Shown: positions 60,915 through 64,000 of the stretch, in pieces
How the letters are laid out: every line of letters starts with the position of its first letter
Numbering within the stretch: position 1 is the stretch's first letter
DNA from: Guillardia theta CCMP2712
Lineage: Eukaryota > Protista > Cryptophyta
Direction of reading: 5' to 3'
Length of the DNA: 64,000 bases
Assembly (NCBI RefSeq): GCF_000315625.1
Contig: NW_005434666.1
Coordinates: 1-64,000, forward strand
Notes under the pieces: generated by a model
Database searches by the model: none
What the model was told of the DNA's origin: nothing
Seen by the model: only the letters and a program-made list of their open reading frames with translations
Made by a program: the position numbers and the translations under genes

Positions 60915-61028
60915 TCATCAAGCCTTGACTACAACTTCACCACATCAAGCCTTGACTACAACTTCACCACATCAAGCCTTGACTACAACTTCACCACATC
61001 AAGCCTTGACTACAACTTCATCCCATCA
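60915..61028. repeat. 27-bp tandem repeat (CATCAAGCCTTGACTACAACTTCACCA) x4
   Basis: Four near-identical units with no spacers. Confidence 0.92.
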
Positions 61029-61139
61029 CTCGAACAAGTCTTGAGCATCGTCATCAACATTTGCCGCTCATCTCTCAAGCGGTCACTTCTGAGCTCTCAC
61101 CGAACATGGCGCCGCTTCCCCTTTTAGGACAACAATCCT

Positions 61140-62245
61140 TACTTCAGTGACGCCGGGCCCGGGCCGCCCCGCCCCGCCGGCGGCCGAGGGTCCCGGTCCG
61201 ATTCGCCGAGTCACTGGAGTCCGAACTGACTTTTTACTCAAAGTTAAGTTAAAAATCAGTACGAGGACAATCAGGAGAGTCGAGGAGGCTTGAGAAGAGG
61301 CTTGACCCTGACACTGACGCACAGGCCTCGAACTGAGGAGTCCGATCAGCACGGCAGTTTACTCACTGAGTCAAAGCCTACGACACACAGGCTACTGGAG
61401 GCGTTTTTGACCATGACTCGAGTGATGGGATATGATACCAGACCCCGGCCCGCGGACCTGGCTCGGAGCAAAGTGCAAGCCTCCGAGGGAAGCGGAGTGA
61501 CTGCGGCACCGTGGCAGGCCGGGGCTGACAGTCATCATGTCATGATCGGAGGCCCGGAAGATCCCGCCGGTCCGGGGCCGCATCCGGCGTCACTGAGTAA
61601 TGCTGATAATGCCACCGGCACAGCCGCGGGACACGGTGGCGGGACGTGACGTCCCGCGGTGGCACTGACTCGCCGGGCCCTCGCGGCAGTGACTGACCGT
61701 ACGAGCCTACTGGCTAACGGTCAACGGTTGTTGAGGCTTGTACCAGTCACTGAGTGTGCCAAAGTAACTGGCAAGCCTTCCGAAGTTCCGAGACACAGGC
61801 GGGCTGAGTTCAACTGTTTTTGCCGCCCGCCGCAAGTTGAAGACTCGGCCCGTCGGACTCCGTTTACTGAATGCACACTGGCACTGCGGCACGAAACTTG
61901 ACTCTTGAAACCAGAATTGAGGAGCACATGAGAGATCGGACAGTGACTCCCGTAGGCTGAGACTGCCATGTACGTACAGTGCCACCGCTAGGACTCCGGG
62001 ATGTGAAACCCAAGCACTGACTCGACCGTATCGGACGGTGACTGGCACTGAGTGCAGTGCGCCGGAGACTGAGACCTTAGCAAGACTCAGCCGGCGGCTC
62101 AGCGGCCGGGCTAGCCTCGGAAGCCCGGTCCGAGTCCTCTTCCGATTCCGAGTTCGTCAGCACTGTTGCCGTGGCCCGAGTCGAAACCGTACGTAACGGT
62201 CGTCTTGGTTACTAGGTGTGTCCGGTACGCTACTGTCGGTGACGT
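61140..62245. other. GC-rich fold-back island 5, containing a repeat-R head (61231-61328)
   Basis: Island motifs surround TTTACTCAAAGTTAAGTTAAAAATCAGTACGAGGACAATCAGG...CACAGGCC; an inverted ACCTGGCTCGGAGCAAA unit is at ~61456. Confidence 0.8.
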
Positions 62246-62738
62246 TATTCTGGCCGTAAAATTTGCGTAGAGTGCAAATTGCAAATCAGGTTCGGTATCA
62301 ACTTTACTATCTGCAAATGTGAATTTCGATGAATTTCAAGTTTCAAAAGTTTCAAATTACACGAGGAAATTACGAAATTGATGGGGGCGATCATGCTTCC
62401 GAATGGAGCGAACAGCAGCACCATGGCACAAGGCACGCATGCCTCATGCCTCAGCGGATCAGGGGCCGAATCTCCATTCGATGGAGATGAAGATCCTTGC
62501 GCACAAAACTTCCGTATCCTGATGCCGTCATTGAATGAAGATATATGCGTTGCGGACGGTACCATCAAAACAATTACGAGATGAGACAAATGGTATGATC
62601 AGCGGCCATCAGTACAATTCGTGCACTCGATCCTTCAAGATGGAGAGGAAACTTCATTCAACATTGGAAAAGCTCATTAAAACAATTAGCAGGAAGGTGC
62701 ACATGCAGCAAGGAGTTGTACGACTTCGCAAGTATCAT

Positions 62739-62893
62739 GGAGGAGGCTTGACCCTGACACTGTCGCACAGGCCAAACGGCGAGAAGAGAAAAGACAGCGA
62801 GAACCAAACCTATCAGGAGCACTTCAATTTGAGTAAAGAAGACGAGAGCCCTGACACATCTTTACTCAAAGGTAAGTATCAGGAGCCACTTCA
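62739..62893 (+). repeat. Dispersed repeat family R, rearranged copy
   Basis: GGAGGCTTGACCCTGACACTGTCGCACAGGCCAAACGGCGAGAAGAGAAAAGACAGCGAGAACC is near-identical to 17755-17821, followed by inverted TTTGAGTAAAG...CTTTACTCAAA. Confidence 0.88.
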
Positions 62894-64000
62894 CGGGAGT
62901 CCGATCGTGGTACAAAGCCCAGGTGAGTGTTCAACGGTTGCCGGCCCAAGAGTTTCCGGCGGCCCGGATTCCCTGGAACGATCATGGCACCGTCGGTCAG
63001 CGGCGGTTAATGATGGCAGTCAGGTCACACCGACAGGCCCAGTACAAGGCAGCACTATTATCTCGAGATCAGCTCGGAGGCCATGGGTGGAGGCCGCAGC
63101 GAATGCCCTTTTTTCACAATAAGGAGTGATTTCAACATGCTCTGGTTTCTTTGGTGCCGGATAGCCGCAAGTTCATGGCTGTTGACACCCGATCTTAAAC
63201 AAATCTCCCGTCAGCCGGAGATACCTCTGTCTAGCGAGGCGGGTTTGCCTGGAATATCCTCTAGGCTATGTGCAATAGACACCGTATGCTCTCCGGGGGT
63301 ACTGTGAGGACCGGTGTAAATTTATTATCAAGAAGGGGTGACAGGAGAGATAGGCCAGTAAGACTGAGGGGTGGGGTCTAGAAAAGCCTCAGAGTATCAG
63401 TAGAGTAGTAAAGGTAGTAGTAAAGGTATGGAACGTAGGACATGTGAGGGCCCGAAGAAGGCGCGGCAGCGAGCCATGTTCAACTGGTATAAGGAAAAGG
63501 TACTGAAGCCTTTTACATATATTTTTAAAGATTCCTGATTGTATTGCAAAGCTACCAAATGTAGAGTAAGCGGTACAAATGGTTCGAGTTGGTTTCCAAT
63601 TGCTAAAACCGCCTCGTGACAAGTAGCCGCAGCGCTGGAGGAACCAGAGGAAGCAATTCCCTACACCTACCGGGTCATTTAAAGGGCTCAAAATGGATAT
63701 GATGGGGTGGGGTAGGGTTTTCCCCTGTCACGAGACACCCAGAGCCTGTAAGAGGATACAGCAAAGGCCCTTTCAAAACGTTGTGAAAAAGAAACGATTC
63801 ATTTCCGGAGATCAACGAGATCGACAAGCCACTTCTCCGAGGTGTTAATGCGCGTAATGACACCGGAAGGACCCCACCCTTTTTACTGTCTACAGGGAGG
63901 GGTTCTCGCTGATGAACCCCACTTGACTCAATGATGACAGATTCAATTTAGCAATATAGGGCACAAAAGATCTCTTTTCACCTTCAAAACATTTTTTTGC

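Noticed and set aside
60915-61028. 27-bp repeats (and the 28-, 32- and 46-bp repeats) as CRISPR arrays
   Set aside because: Head-to-tail units without unique spacers, no cas genes, eukaryotic context.
62535-63122. 195-aa ORF
   Set aside because: It runs through a repeat-R copy and island-like DNA, so it is likely fortuitous.

Overview
Eukaryotic chromosome end. It opens with a plant-type telomere (CCCTAAA)n, followed about 70 bp later by a complete 2.9-kb piggyBac element (15-bp TIRs, ATAA target duplication, frameshifted transposase with an intron). The rest is gene-dense, intron-rich DNA with mostly ~50-nt GT-AG introns. Recognisable genes: MAIP1/Tim44-like, LipB, an atypical thiolase-fold protein, KsgA/Dim1, a Cid1-type nucleotidyltransferase, ITFG1/LINKIN, a rhomboid, a cytochrome-b5 front-end desaturase, an HSF-like protein, a 2OG-Fe(II) oxygenase, an RWP-RK factor, a FIT-like protein, a VPS9 GEF and an ERMP1/M28 peptidase. 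The tiny introns, RWP-RK gene and signal+Phe presequences suggest an alga with a secondary plastid, possibly a cryptophyte (inference). The most unusual signal is five intergenic GC-rich islands made of short fold-back motifs, associated with a dispersed repeat family. Hand alignment of two repeat copies shows independent small insertions with a recurring grammar: a 3-bp duplication flanking a reverse-complement copy of the same site. This points to an ongoing hairpin-type cut-and-repair or transposon-footprint process that may build the islands. Coordinates of multi-exon genes are hand-derived and approximate.
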